DNA of 64,000 nt from Octopus sinensis (taxonomy: Eukaryota), in NCBI RefSeq assembly GCF_006345805.1, contig NC_043005.1, positions 33,108,001 through 33,172,000 on the forward strand, read 5' to 3'. The first letter of the stretch is position 1. Every line of letters begins with the position of its first letter. Below are positions 1-13,328 of the stretch, piece by piece. A model generated the notes under the pieces. That model worked only from the letters and a program-made list of their open reading frames with translations. It was not told where the DNA came from and ran no database searches. Both the position numbers and the translations under genes were made by a program.

Positions 1-124
1 TTTATGTTGTATATATTTCATCAAAAATCCGTAAAATTATGGAAAACTTGTTAGAGGGTTTAGTTGAGTTGTGAAAACAGCAACAGCAACAACTCAAAGA
101 ACAACAAGAACAACAACAAATTTT

Positions 125-1010
125 ACAGCAATAAACATTCACATTTTCTGCCACAACAATACTTGCTGCCTTGATCAAATTATTTGTTTCTGTGATATTT
201 TTTGTTCTGATGTATTTCAGAATTTCATTCACATTTTTCGTTTCTTGGTTCAGTTTCCACCGATCAACATTTTTAAGGTTGCAAATAATGTTGCTATCGT
301 TCTCCTGTAGTCTTGCCTTTATTCTGTCGTAGATTGCCTTTTGCCCATCTGCCATGTCACCATTAGTTTTATTGTCTTCTTCCAAACCATCTATGTCTCT
401 CATCGAGCAAGCTATCACTGTTCCTTTCCTGTGGTTTATTAGAAATTTCATCTCTATTTTCTGCTATGAGATTACTTTTATCAGTAGGAACTGTACTTCC
501 ATCGTTTCCTCTGCTGCTGTTTTCTAATACTCGTCTTTTGATAGCTTTGAGCTCTACTTCTGTTAGCCAACGATTTTTTCTTATTGCTCTAGCTTGATCA
601 CATAATCTCTGTTCCGTGAGTTGAAACAATCCTCTTTCTCTCCATTGATCATACATACGTTGTCAGTATCCCCTAAGATGAACACCCTTTTCGTCTACGG
701 CAATGCTCAGGTAGTAACACTCCATGACCACAGCATTGATTTGTCTGTTCCATCTATGCTGTGTGTGCTGGTTCCTTGCTGAATAACGCCAGGCTGGAGT
801 TGAAACCAGTATCTCTGAGCCTGCCAGGTGTAACACTGTCACGATCAAGGGCTTCAGTTTCATTACCACCGTTATTCACAATATTTTGTTTTTTCATTGT
901 CACTCATATGAGGTAGCAATTATCAGGTTGCGCAATTACCAGTGTTTTTATTGTGACACCATCATCAGATGTATCATCAAATAGAGCATAGGAAGATTCC
1001 AACCGCTTCC
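125..1010 (-). mobile_element. R4/Dong-like non-LTR retrotransposon, degenerate 5' fragment
   Basis: Frameshifted ORFs 663-869, 369-656 and 2-451 give VMECYYLS...[39 protein letters not shown] and LKNVDRWKLNQETKNVNEILKYIRTKNITETNNLIKAAS, typical of the R4-clade N-terminal region. It is cut by a (CAA)n-like tract near 70-125, and a TAA/TTA-rich tract lies at the 5' side. Confidence 0.75.
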
Positions 1011-1494
1011 TTTCATTATTATTATCATCATCACTGATATTATTTTAATTTTTTCCTGCTATTTGTCATTGTTAATAATTCCTCTGATCTGACATGAGTT
1101 TTGGCTTAATTATTATTATTATCATTATTACCACCATTACCATTATTACCATCATTATTATTATTTCCATTTATTATTAAAAGGTATTATTGAATGTTGT
1201 TTAGTTTCAACTTTTGTCTTGTACTTGAGATGATCATAAATATATGAATGTTTAAGTGAATAGTTGGAGCAAAATAGACAGCTTGGTGAAAATATTAAAT
1301 TCCACAGGTCTATAAATAGATTCGGCAGATGGTGAAGAGATCAGCAATGGGCATTCCTGTGCGATAAATAGACAAAAGTGGCCGGCAGAGGTCAAATCTG
1401 TTTACTACTACTAGCGATGAATGAGAGCGCTGACTTTGGCTTTGAAGAGAATGAAGTCATCTTAATCTATTTTTAATTACTGATAGAAAAAATA

Positions 1495-1630
<136 letters not shown>

Positions 1631-1790
1631 CTATAGATATAGATCGCTCACCACTAAACCATTTCATACTTTCTCTCCCTGTTTATTTGTGTTCCTTTCT
1701 GTCGAAGAGCGTAAAAGACTTTATCATTTCCTGAGCATTAAACTGATATATCTATTTCTTGTTTTTTGTCTTTTTTTATGTAAATTCTCA

Positions 1791-1828
<38 letters not shown>

Positions 1829-2224
1829 TATATATATATATATATATTATATATATATATATATATATTATATATGTCGTCATCTGCGACGATACTTCCG
1901 TCGTAACTGCTATCCTGTCTTTTCTCGCCCGCCTTCTAAGGCTACTGGTCGACATTTTTTCTCTCTCGTCGTCCACTATAATCCAGCATTTGCAATACTT
2001 TTTCGTCTGGCGTTAACAGCCCTTCTTATCTTGTTCTCCTTGTCCTGTCTCTCACTGTTAATATTTATTTTTCCACTGTTTATATATATATTTTTTACTG
2101 TTTATATGTTTGTACTGTCGTTACCGTCTTGCTTTTTTTACCCCTCTGCGAAAAGATCTCAGATTTTAATTGATTTGCTTTTCGCAGGAAGGAAGTTTTC
2201 TTCGAAGTATACGTCTCACTTTTA

Positions 2225-2767
2225 TCTTCGAAACGTTTAGTAGATGAAACCTTAGCGACTGAAGAAGGGGATTTTTCGTTGTGCTTATTGTCCTGTATCT
2301 CTTTTTTTGCTTGTCTTGTTCCTGGTTTGTGTCTATGTTTTTCGTCTCTCTATGTGTTCGACGTCTTTTTGGTGTCCTGTACACATATATGCGTGTATAT
2401 GTACATGTAGAGGTAGGTACGTACTTATTGTTTATATATATGCATATGTTCTATTTTTATTACATATTATACGACTAAACGCACGCACCCTATTAAGTAA
2501 GATTGTTCTGTTTATCAAGTAGAGCCTTGATATTAACTCTCACGCGACTCTGCATCTTTCTTTCTTCTCTCTCCTCCCATCCCTTTTTTCGTCTTTTTTC
2601 CCTCACTAACTTGTCCTCTTCCTCTCTCTCTCATTCTTCATTCTCTCTCTCCCTTTCACCATTCGACGTCTTTTGGTGTCCTGTACACTATATGCGTGTA
2701 TATGTACATGTAGAGGTAGGTACGTATACTATATGTTGATATATATGCATTGTTCTATTTTATTAAC

Positions 2768-2775
<8 letters not shown>
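2225..2775 (+). repeat. Dispersed repeat (probable Penelope-type terminal repeat) containing an about 114-bp direct repeat (2357-2470 / 2662-2775)
   Basis: ttcgacgtcttt(t)tggtgtcctgtacac...gtagaggtaggtacgta occurs twice. The motif actga(a/t)gaaggg...gtcctgtac recurs at about 38335-38520 and 47400-47560. The Penelope assignment is inference. Confidence 0.55.
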
Positions 2776-2812
<37 letters not shown>

Positions 2813-3204
2813 TATATATATTAGATATATATATCTATATATATATTATTATATACACATATATAGTATATAATATAATATACGGATGTCATCTCGTTAA
2901 ATTTTTTTCCGTTGAAACTTTTCTTTTCTTTCTATGAATTTTGCTGTGGCTTACAATTTTTGTAATTGTGCAGTTTGTATATATTGGCAGATGCTTACCT
3001 CCTTAAATTAGAAAATTTAGAAAGTTTATATCTACAATTTTGTGTGAAAATTTTATCTTTCCATTTTCCCTGACTACCCGAATATGTAACCATGCCTTTC
3101 ATTGTAACAACATGTTTTATTTTTCAGGCACGTTTAACGTTTTCTCTACAAACTACAAACAAGCCCCACCCCCCTTCTTTCTTTTTTCCATACAAAAACT
3201 AATA

Positions 3205-3275
3205 CAAAGCCTTATGAGTGATTTTGGTAGACGGAAGCTGAAAGAAGCTCGTTATATATATATATATATATATAG
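3205..3275 (+). mobile_element. SINE family A, central fragment up to the internal TA tract
   Basis: caaagccttatgagtgattttggtagacggaagctgaaagaagctcg matches the full copy at about 18108-18158. Confidence 0.8.
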
Positions 3276-3375
3276 TGAAAGAGATATCCAATATTTGCTG
3301 TAGTTATTTGTCTTTGATTTCACAATGTGTGTATTTATCTATGTATCAACTTTTCTTTCGATCTATGTATCTACT

Positions 3376-6105
3376 AGGAAAGTAGACTCTGTTATCAGTG
3401 GAATAGATACTAAAAATATAGGAGACACTAACTTATTGATCTATGCTGGAGGGGTAGTAGTCACAAGAAGATTAGATATCTAACAGGAAAAGATTAAAAA
3501 CGAGCAAATGTGGAAAAAGGGACTACAAAATAAAATGAAGATTTTAAGACAAGATCGGAATAGAATAGTAGCCTGAAAACTTAACAAGTTAGGAAACACA
3601 AGATGCAGATCTTCCTTTGAGAAAAAATACTAAGTCAAAGAGAATGGATTTGGTACAGTAATTGATGAGTTGAAACTGTGTATCATAGCAGTAGCAGGCA
3701 ACTTCTCCAGGTATCATATAAGAATTGATCACTTTCAACAGAATAGCTTATTTGAGACAGACCAGAAGAGATTCTATAAGTACAAAAATAGTGGAGAAAG
3801 AAGTACTGAAAATGAGAAACCTAATGCAGAAGAAGCTAGAAAGTTCTGGAGTCAATCACAATGGAGATACAATATGGTTAAAGAAAGCGAGGCAAGAAGT
3901 AGTGAGTGAGAAGTAGCCAGATCTATGATGAACTAGTACATTAAGGAGTAAAGTGTTAGGGAAAATGTTGAATTGGAAGGGCCTATTACCAGATTTAGTT
4001 CAAGAGTACTGACTAAAGAAATTTTGTAGTTTACATGAGAGGCTGAGGGAACAACTTCAAGATTGCCTTAACGGAGGAATAATACCAGACTGGATGACTA
4101 GAGGGAGAACAATACTCATTATGAACGATAAGAGCAAGGGTAACATAGCTAGCAACTATCGAGCAATCACTTGCTTACCATTAGTGTGGAAGCTGTTAAC
4201 AGGAATGCTTTCAGGAAGCATTTACGAGCACCTTGACAACCAGAATTTACTGCCAGACGAACAGAAATTTTGCCGGAAGAAGGTTAGAAGAACGCATGAT
4301 CTATTATACTTAGACAAAGCAGTTCTAACTGAAGTAAAAACAAGAAAGAAAAATCTAACAATAGTATAGATAGATTATAGGAAAGCGTATGACATGTTCC
4401 CACACTCATGGTTAAGTGAATATTTCAGTATATTCAGTATAGCAGACAACATAATAGAATTATTTAGCTTTAGATTTATACTCAAGTGACACAATCTTAG
4501 GGAATGATAATATCAAAAGTGGAATTTTTCCGTGAGGCTCGTTGTCCCACTTAATATTTGTCTTATGTTTGATCCCTCTCAGTTTAGTATTAAGGAAGGC
4601 AAAGGCAGGGTATCAGTTCAGAAATAGTAAAGGAAAAAAATTAACCAATTAACATGAATGACCTGAAGCTTTTTAGTATGAATGAAAAAGTGATAGATCC
4701 TCTAATACAGACTGTAAAACTCTTCACCAAAGATACAGATTTGCAATTTGGCATAGATAAGTATCAAATACTAATCGTGAGAAGGGGACAGGTAGTTAAC
4801 AGCGAAGAAATCCAATGACCAGATGGCCAGACATTAAAATCATTGAAAGCAGGAGAGAGTTATAAACAGATGGGAGTCTTAGAATCTGACAAAGTACTAA
4901 CTATAGAAATGAAAAAGCAAATTCAGAAGGGTGAGAAAGCTAACTAAGTCAAAGCTGAATGGCCCGGATCTAGTGAAGGCTGTAAATACTTGAACAGTAT
5001 CATTACTTAGATACTCAGCAGCTTTTGTTAATTGGACAAAAATTGAATTAGCAGTTAAAAACTGGTTTAGCTAGACAGAAGAACAAGGAAGAAATTCAGT
5101 CTGAACGGAGGACTCCTTCCAAGATCAGGAGAAGCAAGATTATACTTACTTAGAAAGGAAGGCAGAAGAGGGTTGATATCAGTAGAAGACTGCGTGAAGT
5201 TAGCTAGAGTAGATGTAAACTCGTATGTAGGTAATAATGAAGAAAGTCTATTAAAAACTGCGAGAGTCACAGAAAGATATAGGGAAACCAAAAACCTAAA
5301 CGAGGTTAAAAACTAGAAAATAGAACGGAAATTATCTAACTGGCAGGAGAAGGCGTTGCATGGTAGGTTACCAAAAATAGTTGCAGCAAATAGTAGTAGT
5401 GAGACATGGTTATGATTGCAGACAGGAAAGCTGAAAAGGGAGAGTAGCACAAGACCAAGTATTAAAGACTAATTAGATTGACACCAAGATAGACAAAATA
5501 CCAAGTAAATTCCCAATGTATGTTATGCAAATCAGAAGAGGAAAGCGTAATTGAATGTAGCATGCTGGCGCAGAAAGAATACAAGAAAATACATGACAAG
5601 TGAGAAGAGTAATCCTAGAAAGCTAGGGTTTGACCATACTGATAAATGGTATGAACATAAGCCTAGCAATGTACTAGAAAGTACGAAATACAAGATGTTG
5701 TGGGACTTTAACATTCTGCCTGACAGAGTAATAGAAGCTAGAAAGCCTGATTTAGTAGTAGTAGATAAAGACAATAAAAAAAGCCAGATAATTGTTCTTT
5801 ACAGTCCCAAATGACGAAAAAGCCAATATGAGAGGTGTAGAAAAAATAGTAAAGTATCAGGGCCTAGTCATTGAATTACAGAGACTATGGAAAGTGTGGT
5901 TAAAATTAATTCCAGTAATTATAGGTGAATTGGGAACTACCCCCAAAGATTTGAACAGATAGATAGGGAAATAGGCATAAAACTCAGTTTAGTATAGCTC
6001 CAGAAAACAGTGTTGTTAGGGACAGCTAGGATGTTTAGGAGGGTTCATGGCATCTAAGGATCTTAGGATTATTTCTTTCCAACAGTCTAATCTGTTGTGT
6101 ATGTA
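3376..6105 (+). mobile_element. R4/Dong-like LINE (RT plus restriction-like endonuclease), degenerate, ending in (TAA)n/(CAA)n
   Basis: NYRAITCLPLVWKLLTG, IDYRKAYD, GSLSPLIF and MNDLKL RT motifs; KWYEHKP...LWDFNILPDRVIEARKPDLVVVDK endonuclease motif; terminal LQKTVLLGTARMFRRV; many stops and frameshifts. Confidence 0.9.
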
Positions 6106-6157
6106 TATAATAATAATAATAATATAACAACAACACAACAACAACAACAAAAACAAC

Positions 6158-6202
<45 letters not shown>

Positions 6203-6464
6203 AAGCTGGACCAGTGAAAAATTCACGAAAATAATAAAAAATGTAAACATCTGTAAATTGTGTGCTAGTGCCATGAGAAATGTTTCTATATTGTGACAGT
6301 TACAGAATATAGAAGGAAGTGTAAAACCGATAACTGTATAATCCAACCAAAATACCTCAGTTACACAAACGTAAACAGAATTACTATTTAACCTTAAAAC
6401 ATATCGTACATATTCAAAGAGCTTTGGTTTAGTGGTACGGAACGTTCTTCTGGTATTCTTTTAT

Positions 6465-6673
6465 TCTTTTACTTGTTTCAGTCATTTGACGGTGGCCATG
6501 CTGGAGCACCACCCTTTAGTCGAAGAAATCGACTATTGGACATATTCCTTGTAAGCCTGGTGCTTATTATATCAACGTCTTCTGCCGATCAGCTAAGTTA
6601 CGGGGACGCAAACACACCAACATCGTTTGTCAAGCAATGGTGTCGGGGTGACAAACACAGACACAAAAACACA

Positions 6674-6690
<17 letters not shown>
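6465..6690 (-). mobile_element. SINE family A, 3' half
   Basis: Reverse complement matches 18176-18397 (gtgctccagcatggcc...gactgaaacaagtaaaaga). Confidence 0.85.
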
Positions 6691-6715
<25 letters not shown>

Positions 6716-6797
6716 TGTGAGAGAGACAGTAGATACATAGACCGAAAGAAAAGTTGATACATAGATATATACACACATTGTGAAATCAAAGACAACT

Positions 6798-6935
6798 ATC
6801 TAGCAGCTTCTTTCTGTTGCTGTCTTTTAATGTTGGCGATCTTTTTCTTACATCTGTTGTCATGACTTCCTGCAACTCATCTAAAATCTGATTTTCTTCA
6901 CTTTAATCACTTTAATCGCTGGTGCCACTTGTCTC
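6798..6935 (-). mobile_element. R4-like LINE N-terminal piece; 5' continuation of the element at 3376
   Basis: Minus-strand translation ILDELQEVMTTDVRKRSPTLKDSNRKKLLD is colinear with TRKVDSVISGIDTKNIGDTNLL at 3373. Confidence 0.7.
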
Positions 6936-7161
6936 ACAACCATATGTGCATGACATGGTGATGCCATATCAAGATAAACAGCACATGACCTTGCAGGTGG
7001 GGCCCAGTCAGAATTTTCTTAAGTTTGAGCAGCCCATCCCACTCAAAAGGTCCCTGAATGAGGTTTGTTTTAAGGATAAGGAATAAAACACCCATGTTTC
7101 CAGAGGCGAATTCTTCAAACCCCAAAGAATTCCTTTCAACACATGGCTATAATGCTCCCCC

Positions 7162-7165
<4 letters not shown>
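6935..7165 (-). mobile_element. Fragment of unclassified non-coding repeat 'F'
   Basis: Reverse complement matches about 58245-58480 and 59040-59270. Confidence 0.85.
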
Positions 7166-7192
<27 letters not shown>

Positions 7193-7403
7193 CTTCTTCT
7201 TCTTCTTCTTCTCCGTCTTCTTCTTCTTCTTCTTCTTCTTTTTCTTCTTCTTCTTCTTCTCCTCCTCCTCCTCCTCCTCCTCCTTCTTCTTCTTCTTTTT
7301 CTTTTTCTTCTTCTTCTTCTTCTTCTCCTCCTCCTTCTTCTTCGTTTTCTTCTTCTTCTTCTTCTTTTTCTTCTTCTTCTTCTTCTTCTTCTTCTTCTTC
7401 TTC

Positions 7404-7442
<39 letters not shown>

Positions 7443-7445
7443 CAT
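7164..7445. repeat. (TTC)n/(TCC)n polypyrimidine tract followed by (TTA)n
   Basis: Directly visible; source of the poly-E/L/F/R ORFs. Confidence 0.95.
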
Positions 7446-7446
7446 T

Positions 7447-7745
7447 AAGGCGGCTAGCTGATGGAAGTGTTAGCACTCCGGGCAAAACACTTAGTGGCAT
7501 TTCATCCGTCCTTCCGTTCTCAGTATAAATTTCTCTGAGGTTGACTTCGCCTTACATCCTTTCGGAGTTGATAAAATAAGTACCAGTTGTGTACTGGCAT
7601 CGATGCAATCGACTCAACTCCTCCCCCAAATTTCAGGCCTTGTGCTTATAGCTGAAAGGACTTTGCCTTTCATCCTTTCAGAGTTGATAAAATAAGTACC
7701 AGTTGAGCACTGGGGTCGATGTTAACGACTTACCCCCTCCCCCAT
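7447..7745 (+). mobile_element. SINE family B with partial tandem duplication of its 3' half
   Basis: aaggcggc...gttagcac head; ttgcctttcatccttt...ataagtaccagttg...ctggggtcgatg occurs twice; homologous to 49459-49680. Confidence 0.75.
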
Positions 7746-8515
7746 ATTTGTTGGCCTTATCCTCCCCGCCACTTTTTCGTTTAACCTTTGAATGCTATGC
7801 ATATGTCCCTTCTTATTCAGTGTACACCGTGTATACTTACTTTCTTCATTCTTTCCTTTTTCTTTATTTTTATTTTTTTATCATTACAATATATGTAAAC
7901 CCCAACATTTTATGTCTGTCTTTGTATTGTACCCCTCATCCTTCGTCCTTGTAACGAATTAATAAAATCATTATTGTTGTTGTTATTATTATTATCATTA
8001 TTATTATTATTATTTCTATTTTTTTATTTTCCTTATTAGTATTATTATTGTTATTATCATTATTATTATTGTTATTATTATTTGACGTATTATAATCAGT
8101 TAGTTGCTAGGCGTTAACTATGTAACCGAATACTCATCACTTAATGTAAATTCTAAAATCCTTCTTCTAATAGCTGAAATATTTGTTCCAATAGACTGCT
8201 AGTTTTTGGCTATTAACCATCTTCATTGCAGATAAACAATGGCATTTAAACAAATGAATCAATTCTCAAAACATGTAATTGTTTATTTTCTATATTTGTT
8301 TTTCTTTTTCAACATTTGTTCATCAGCAATAATAAGGTTCATATCACAAATGGTGTAAATATATGTGAGTCATCATATCATTGGTTCGCATCCATCTATT
8401 TATATATATATATGTATGTGTACATATGTATGTATATATACATACATGTACACACACATACACATATATATATATATACATACATATGTATATATGTATG
8501 TATGTATATGCACAT

Positions 8516-8559
<44 letters not shown>

Positions 8560-9040
8560 GCCGGCACATATGTATGTATGTAGTGCCAAAACAATTGCTA
8601 AGATCGGCCGTAATGGATAAATACTGTACACGAAACAGGATATGATATATATATATATATATATATAGCTAATGAATACATGCGTTATACGTGAGCCAAG
8701 TTTCACGCTCGGATAGTCAGTAATCGATATCAGATGACATGACTACGGCTCCGAAAATATGGGGAGAAAATGAGAAAAAATTTCGAGAGGAAAATACTAG
8801 AAGACACCTTTAAGAAACATGTTAAAGGGAAATGTATATAAAAGATATGTCTCTTTAACACGTTAAATGAAGAATATTATATATTTGGATGCTTACATCT
8901 AAGAAACTCATGACTGGTACGGGTAGGCGAATGGGGAAAAGGCTGGGGTGTGTTAAAACGTTTGTTTAATCTGGTGAAGCGTGTCATCCATTTCGATAAC
9001 AAAGATTTGTCAAAATGCATACATCTTGCACACACACACG

Positions 9041-9095
<55 letters not shown>

Positions 9096-9109
9096 ATATA
9101 TGGTGGTTG

Positions 9110-11000
9110 TCTACTCCTTATGCAGAGTTTGACCACCTCCTGTACCTACACCTTAGCACCATCATGGCATTTGATGTGGCTTTTTAAACCAGACAATGTT
9201 CTGAAAAGACACCCACATAGATTGCACCTCCGATTTGGACCACCAAACTGCAGATAAGCTCTGTTTTTTGTGGATCTTAAAATGTATTTTGGGGTCTCCG
9301 TTGGATTTTCAAATCTTCTGGTATACACTGTTGGTGGAGGTTCATTTTACATGCGTTCGCTTATGAGATTTGAGGCCAGCAAAAGACAAGCATGGTCTGT
9401 CACAGACTGTGCACACAAAAGGGTCATTGTAATTCACCTTCTCGATCGTTACATTCTTCCTTAGATCTCTTTTGAGTATTACTTGTGTTATCCTGGCCTC
9501 TTCAAATGCTTTCTCTCCACTCCACACCTTTGTTCGCCATCCAGCTCTATCCGAAGCAAGGGTTTCTATATTCGGAATCATTCTAAATGACTTCATAGTA
9601 GTCCATATGCCGTCCTTAAACTTCTTTTTAGGTTTACACCGATAGTGTTTCCCTTCTGCAAGCTCGCCATAAAACAGCTGTTTTGGCATGCGTTCATCTG
9701 CCATTCGAACAATATGGCTACACCATCTCAATTGGTTCCTCAAAATCATAGCTTTAATTGAGGTGATACCTGAAGATGCAAGGGTATCTGTGTTTGGAGT
9801 AAAAGAACTCCATTTAATTTTTAAAATGCGATGAAGGCATTTTTTGTGGAATTCTAACAATTTAAAATGCCTTTCATAACAAGTCCAAGTTTGACAGGAA
9901 TACAACAGGGGTGGTAAGAGAAATGATCCGTAAAGAGCCAGCTTTGTATTCTTATTTATATGTTGTTGGTACCAAAGGCGTGACTCCAAGCCACCAAATG
10001 CTTATGCTGCCCTTTGAATTCACAGCTGTAATTCTGTATCAAGATTTCCATCATTTTGAAAAGAGCTTCGAAGGTAGACAAACGAATCCACAATCTCAAG
10101 TATCTTACCCTTAACAAAAATTTTAGTGGCTTACAAACAGCACCACAGGTTGATGCATTACAACTGTTTTTTGTTTCAAGTTTTAGTCAAGCCAAAATCA
10201 TCACAAGCCGAGTCAAATGCAGATACAAGAGATTGAAGACCTGTTTCAGAATGACTGACAAGATCGCAATAATCAGCGTACAAAAGTTCCCTAATAAGTG
10301 AAGTAAAAACCTTTGTTCTGAATTTCAGTCTGGTCACATAAAAAACATTCCCTGTTGTTCGATATTTTATGTAAAAAACCTCCTCAGAGGTTTGAAAAGC
10401 ACGTGGCAACCCAACAGCAGAGTATATTGCAAAGAGGGTGGGTGCATTAAGGTCTTGCTTTACTCCATTTTCCACAGCAATACAGAGATCCTACCACCAA
10501 AATTAATTCTAGCTTTCATATATTGATGCAAAGCCCTGATCATGTTTACGAAGTTTTCTGGGAAACCTATTTTCCTTAGAATTAGCCACAGAGCATTTCG
10601 ATTAACAGTATCAAATGCTTTGCTCAAATCAACAAAGCAATGATATAGAGCAAGATTCTGTTCAATGTACTTTTCTTGTAATTGTCTGACAATAAAGATA
10701 CAATCAGCTGTGCCCCTAGAGGAACAAAAACCACAATGAGACTCAGACACTATATTTGGAACTATAAAGGTATTTAAACGTTCTAACAAAATGCGAGAAA
10801 GTACCTTTCCAACTCCTAAAAAAAAAAACCTACCAGCAATTACGTCTAGTATTTCCAACGTCACTTGGTTGCAAATGAATATGTTCTCAATGGTTCGTAA
10901 GTACCAAAGTACTAACCGCGATGAAGTTTGTTGGGAATTAGTAAATCTAATAGAAGTTGTTCGTTTACAGTCGAGAATCTTTGGTCTGAGAATGTTCCAC
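9110..11000 (-). mobile_element. RTE (BovB-like) LINE, degenerate, with two C-terminal C2H2-like fingers
   Basis: GKVLSRILLERL, GFCSSRGTADCIF, FVDLSKAFDTVNR, LLYAD, QLRWCSHIVRMADERMPKQLFYGEL; CTVCDRPCLSFAGLKSHKRTH and CNLCGCLFRTLSGLKSHIKCH. Confidence 0.9.
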
Positions 11001-11099
11001 AGGGCTGGATTGCTTCTTCAAAACCAAAATACGTCTTTGTCAAGGACATTTCTTTTATGGCATCTTTAATATTTATGATGGATGTCTCACACCACCTTA

Positions 11100-11330
11100 T
11101 GACATATATGTAGACAAGGCTGACTACACCATTTTGTAACACCTACATGGACCAGGTGAATTGCGCCACTCTGTGACACCTACATAGAACTTGATGGACT
11201 ACACCACCCCATGGCACCTACATAGACATGATGGATTACTCCACCTAGTGGCGCCAACAAAAGATGAACTGCACCAGTTTGTGTCATTTACTTAGGTCAA
11301 GCTAGAATACACCTCCCTAAGATGCTTGTA
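11100..11330. repeat. Degenerate about 38-bp minisatellite (about 5 units)
   Basis: Recurring cacctacat(a/g)ga...(g/a)(a/c)t(a/g)c(a/t/g)cca units. Confidence 0.55.
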
Positions 11331-12639
11331 GAACCCAAGCTAATTAAGGATAGTTTACGTGATAACTTGAGTTGTTAACGATGGTCACGACTAGAATGTA
11401 TTTGATCATATGTTTTCTTGATCAGTGTTGATCTAGGACTAAACAACAGCAACAACAACCTTCTAAACGATGACTACCATACCATTTTCTAACGCCTATT
11501 TAAAATTAAGGCCCTACACTAACTTCTTGGTGTAGGGCCTTAATTGATCTCGTGAAGTTCGACAGGTAGAGGCCTCAGTTTTTCAACTTTATACAAATGC
11601 AATCTAGTTGTGATGTCAAGATGCAGACTGCTAAATTTTTGACGAGTTGTGTAATAACGTCTATTGTTTTAGTTATTGTTGTGGTACCTACAACCTGCAG
11701 TTCAAGTGGAGGAATTGGCAAATGACCCGGAGTTTCTTCATAATATCCATCTCAAGATCCGATGTTACACCAAACAAATATTTTGCAAAGCTTCCAAACT
11801 ACTTCAAACTCTTAACATTTTTAACCTTAGTAATTTTTTAAAATAATATTTAATTAAATTCAAACTCGGCAACGAGTCAAAAAGTATCTTAGAGACAATA
11901 CTCATTACTATACCCAAGAGGTATCGTATGAGTGTGTGAGTGGATGTGTGTGCGTGTGTATGTATGTGTGTGTGAGAATATATATATATACTCACAAAAT
12001 CACACACACATACATACACACACATCCACTTATACACACACACATATATATATATATATATACATAATATATACACATATATACCTATATACATACATAT
12101 ACACACCTATATATGTACACACATACACACTCATATATATATATATAGTGACATATACATACATAGATAAAAACACACACATATTGTATACAATACAATA
12201 TCGATCAGAAGAGCAGAAATAAACTTAAATATTACTTTAAGTATTAGAAAGCCATTGGAGTGAGAAAGAAGTTTGTAAAAATATTTACACATTATTTCAT
12301 TGCTTCTATATAGGTTGAAAATATGTGGAAAACATATATAAAAAGTGGAAGAGAAATGCCTTCGTTTCACATAGTTTAATATATTTTTATAAAGAATTCT
12401 TTTATATAGATGCTTATTTCATGGATGTCATGATACCCAACAGGTTTTTGCGATTCAAATTAGCTTTTCAAGGGACATTGTGAAGTAATCATTTCTTGTG
12501 ACAAAGGAGTCTAGCCATTTTGGATATTTGAAAAATAAAAATGAGTCTAGAGAGTGTACAAAGGGAGAGAACAGGTAGCAAGGCGTCAACTAACTCCTCA
12601 GTATAATTGTTGAAATAGAAATGTGTAAGAATAGATAGT

Positions 12640-13010
12640 CAAGTTTATATATTAAGGTGTGGTCTGTACTTTTGTATGAACATATTTTCCCTGTTTAGGC
12701 GTTCTTGTAATGAGATTGAATCTTTGCATTGGTATAATGGAAAAATATGGAAATTCGGTGTTGTATTTCTGTGCGCATCTGTTGATATGTTCGCTCAGGG
12801 CTATCTGTCTGTATTGAGGAAAAAGGAATTTTTCTTTATGCAGCGTAACTCTGCATCTCAAAGCAAGGCTCCTTTGGCCCACATAATCGTGGCCACAACC
12901 TGAGCAGGTTAGGATATAGATACGGTTCTGTGAAGCACATGTGAAGTTTTTATATATGTTTTCCACATATTTTTACCTCATAAATTTGCCACTTGTATAC
13001 TGATTCCCCA
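12640..13010 (-). mobile_element. Penelope-like element GIY-YIG endonuclease remnant
   Basis: [38 protein letters not shown]...ALSEHINRC. Confidence 0.85.
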
Positions 13011-13289
13011 GTATTTTTGCTCCTTTTATATTTCATCTATATACATAAATATATATACATATATATATACTTATATATATATATATATACATGCACATAT
13101 ATATATACACATATATATACCTTTTATATATATACACACACATATATATATACATATATACATATGTACATATACATATATACATATATATATACATATA
13201 TATATACATATATGTATATACACATATATATACATATATATACATATATATACACATATATACCTATATACATACATATATACATACAC

Positions 13290-13328
<39 letters not shown>

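Noticed and set aside
2225-2280. Type II hammerhead-like order (GAAAC...CTGAAGAAGGGG), also at about 38335 and 47405
   Set aside because: Stems I and III cannot be built consistently; in the 38335 copy a GTTG/CAAC stem would sequester the core C.
7008-7528. Poly-E/R/L/F ORFs
   Set aside because: They are produced by the (TTC)n/(TCC)n/(TTA)n tract.
11100-11330. Spaced repeats superficially like a CRISPR array
   Set aside because: The units are contiguous and degenerate with no unique spacers, the context is eukaryotic and there are no cas genes.
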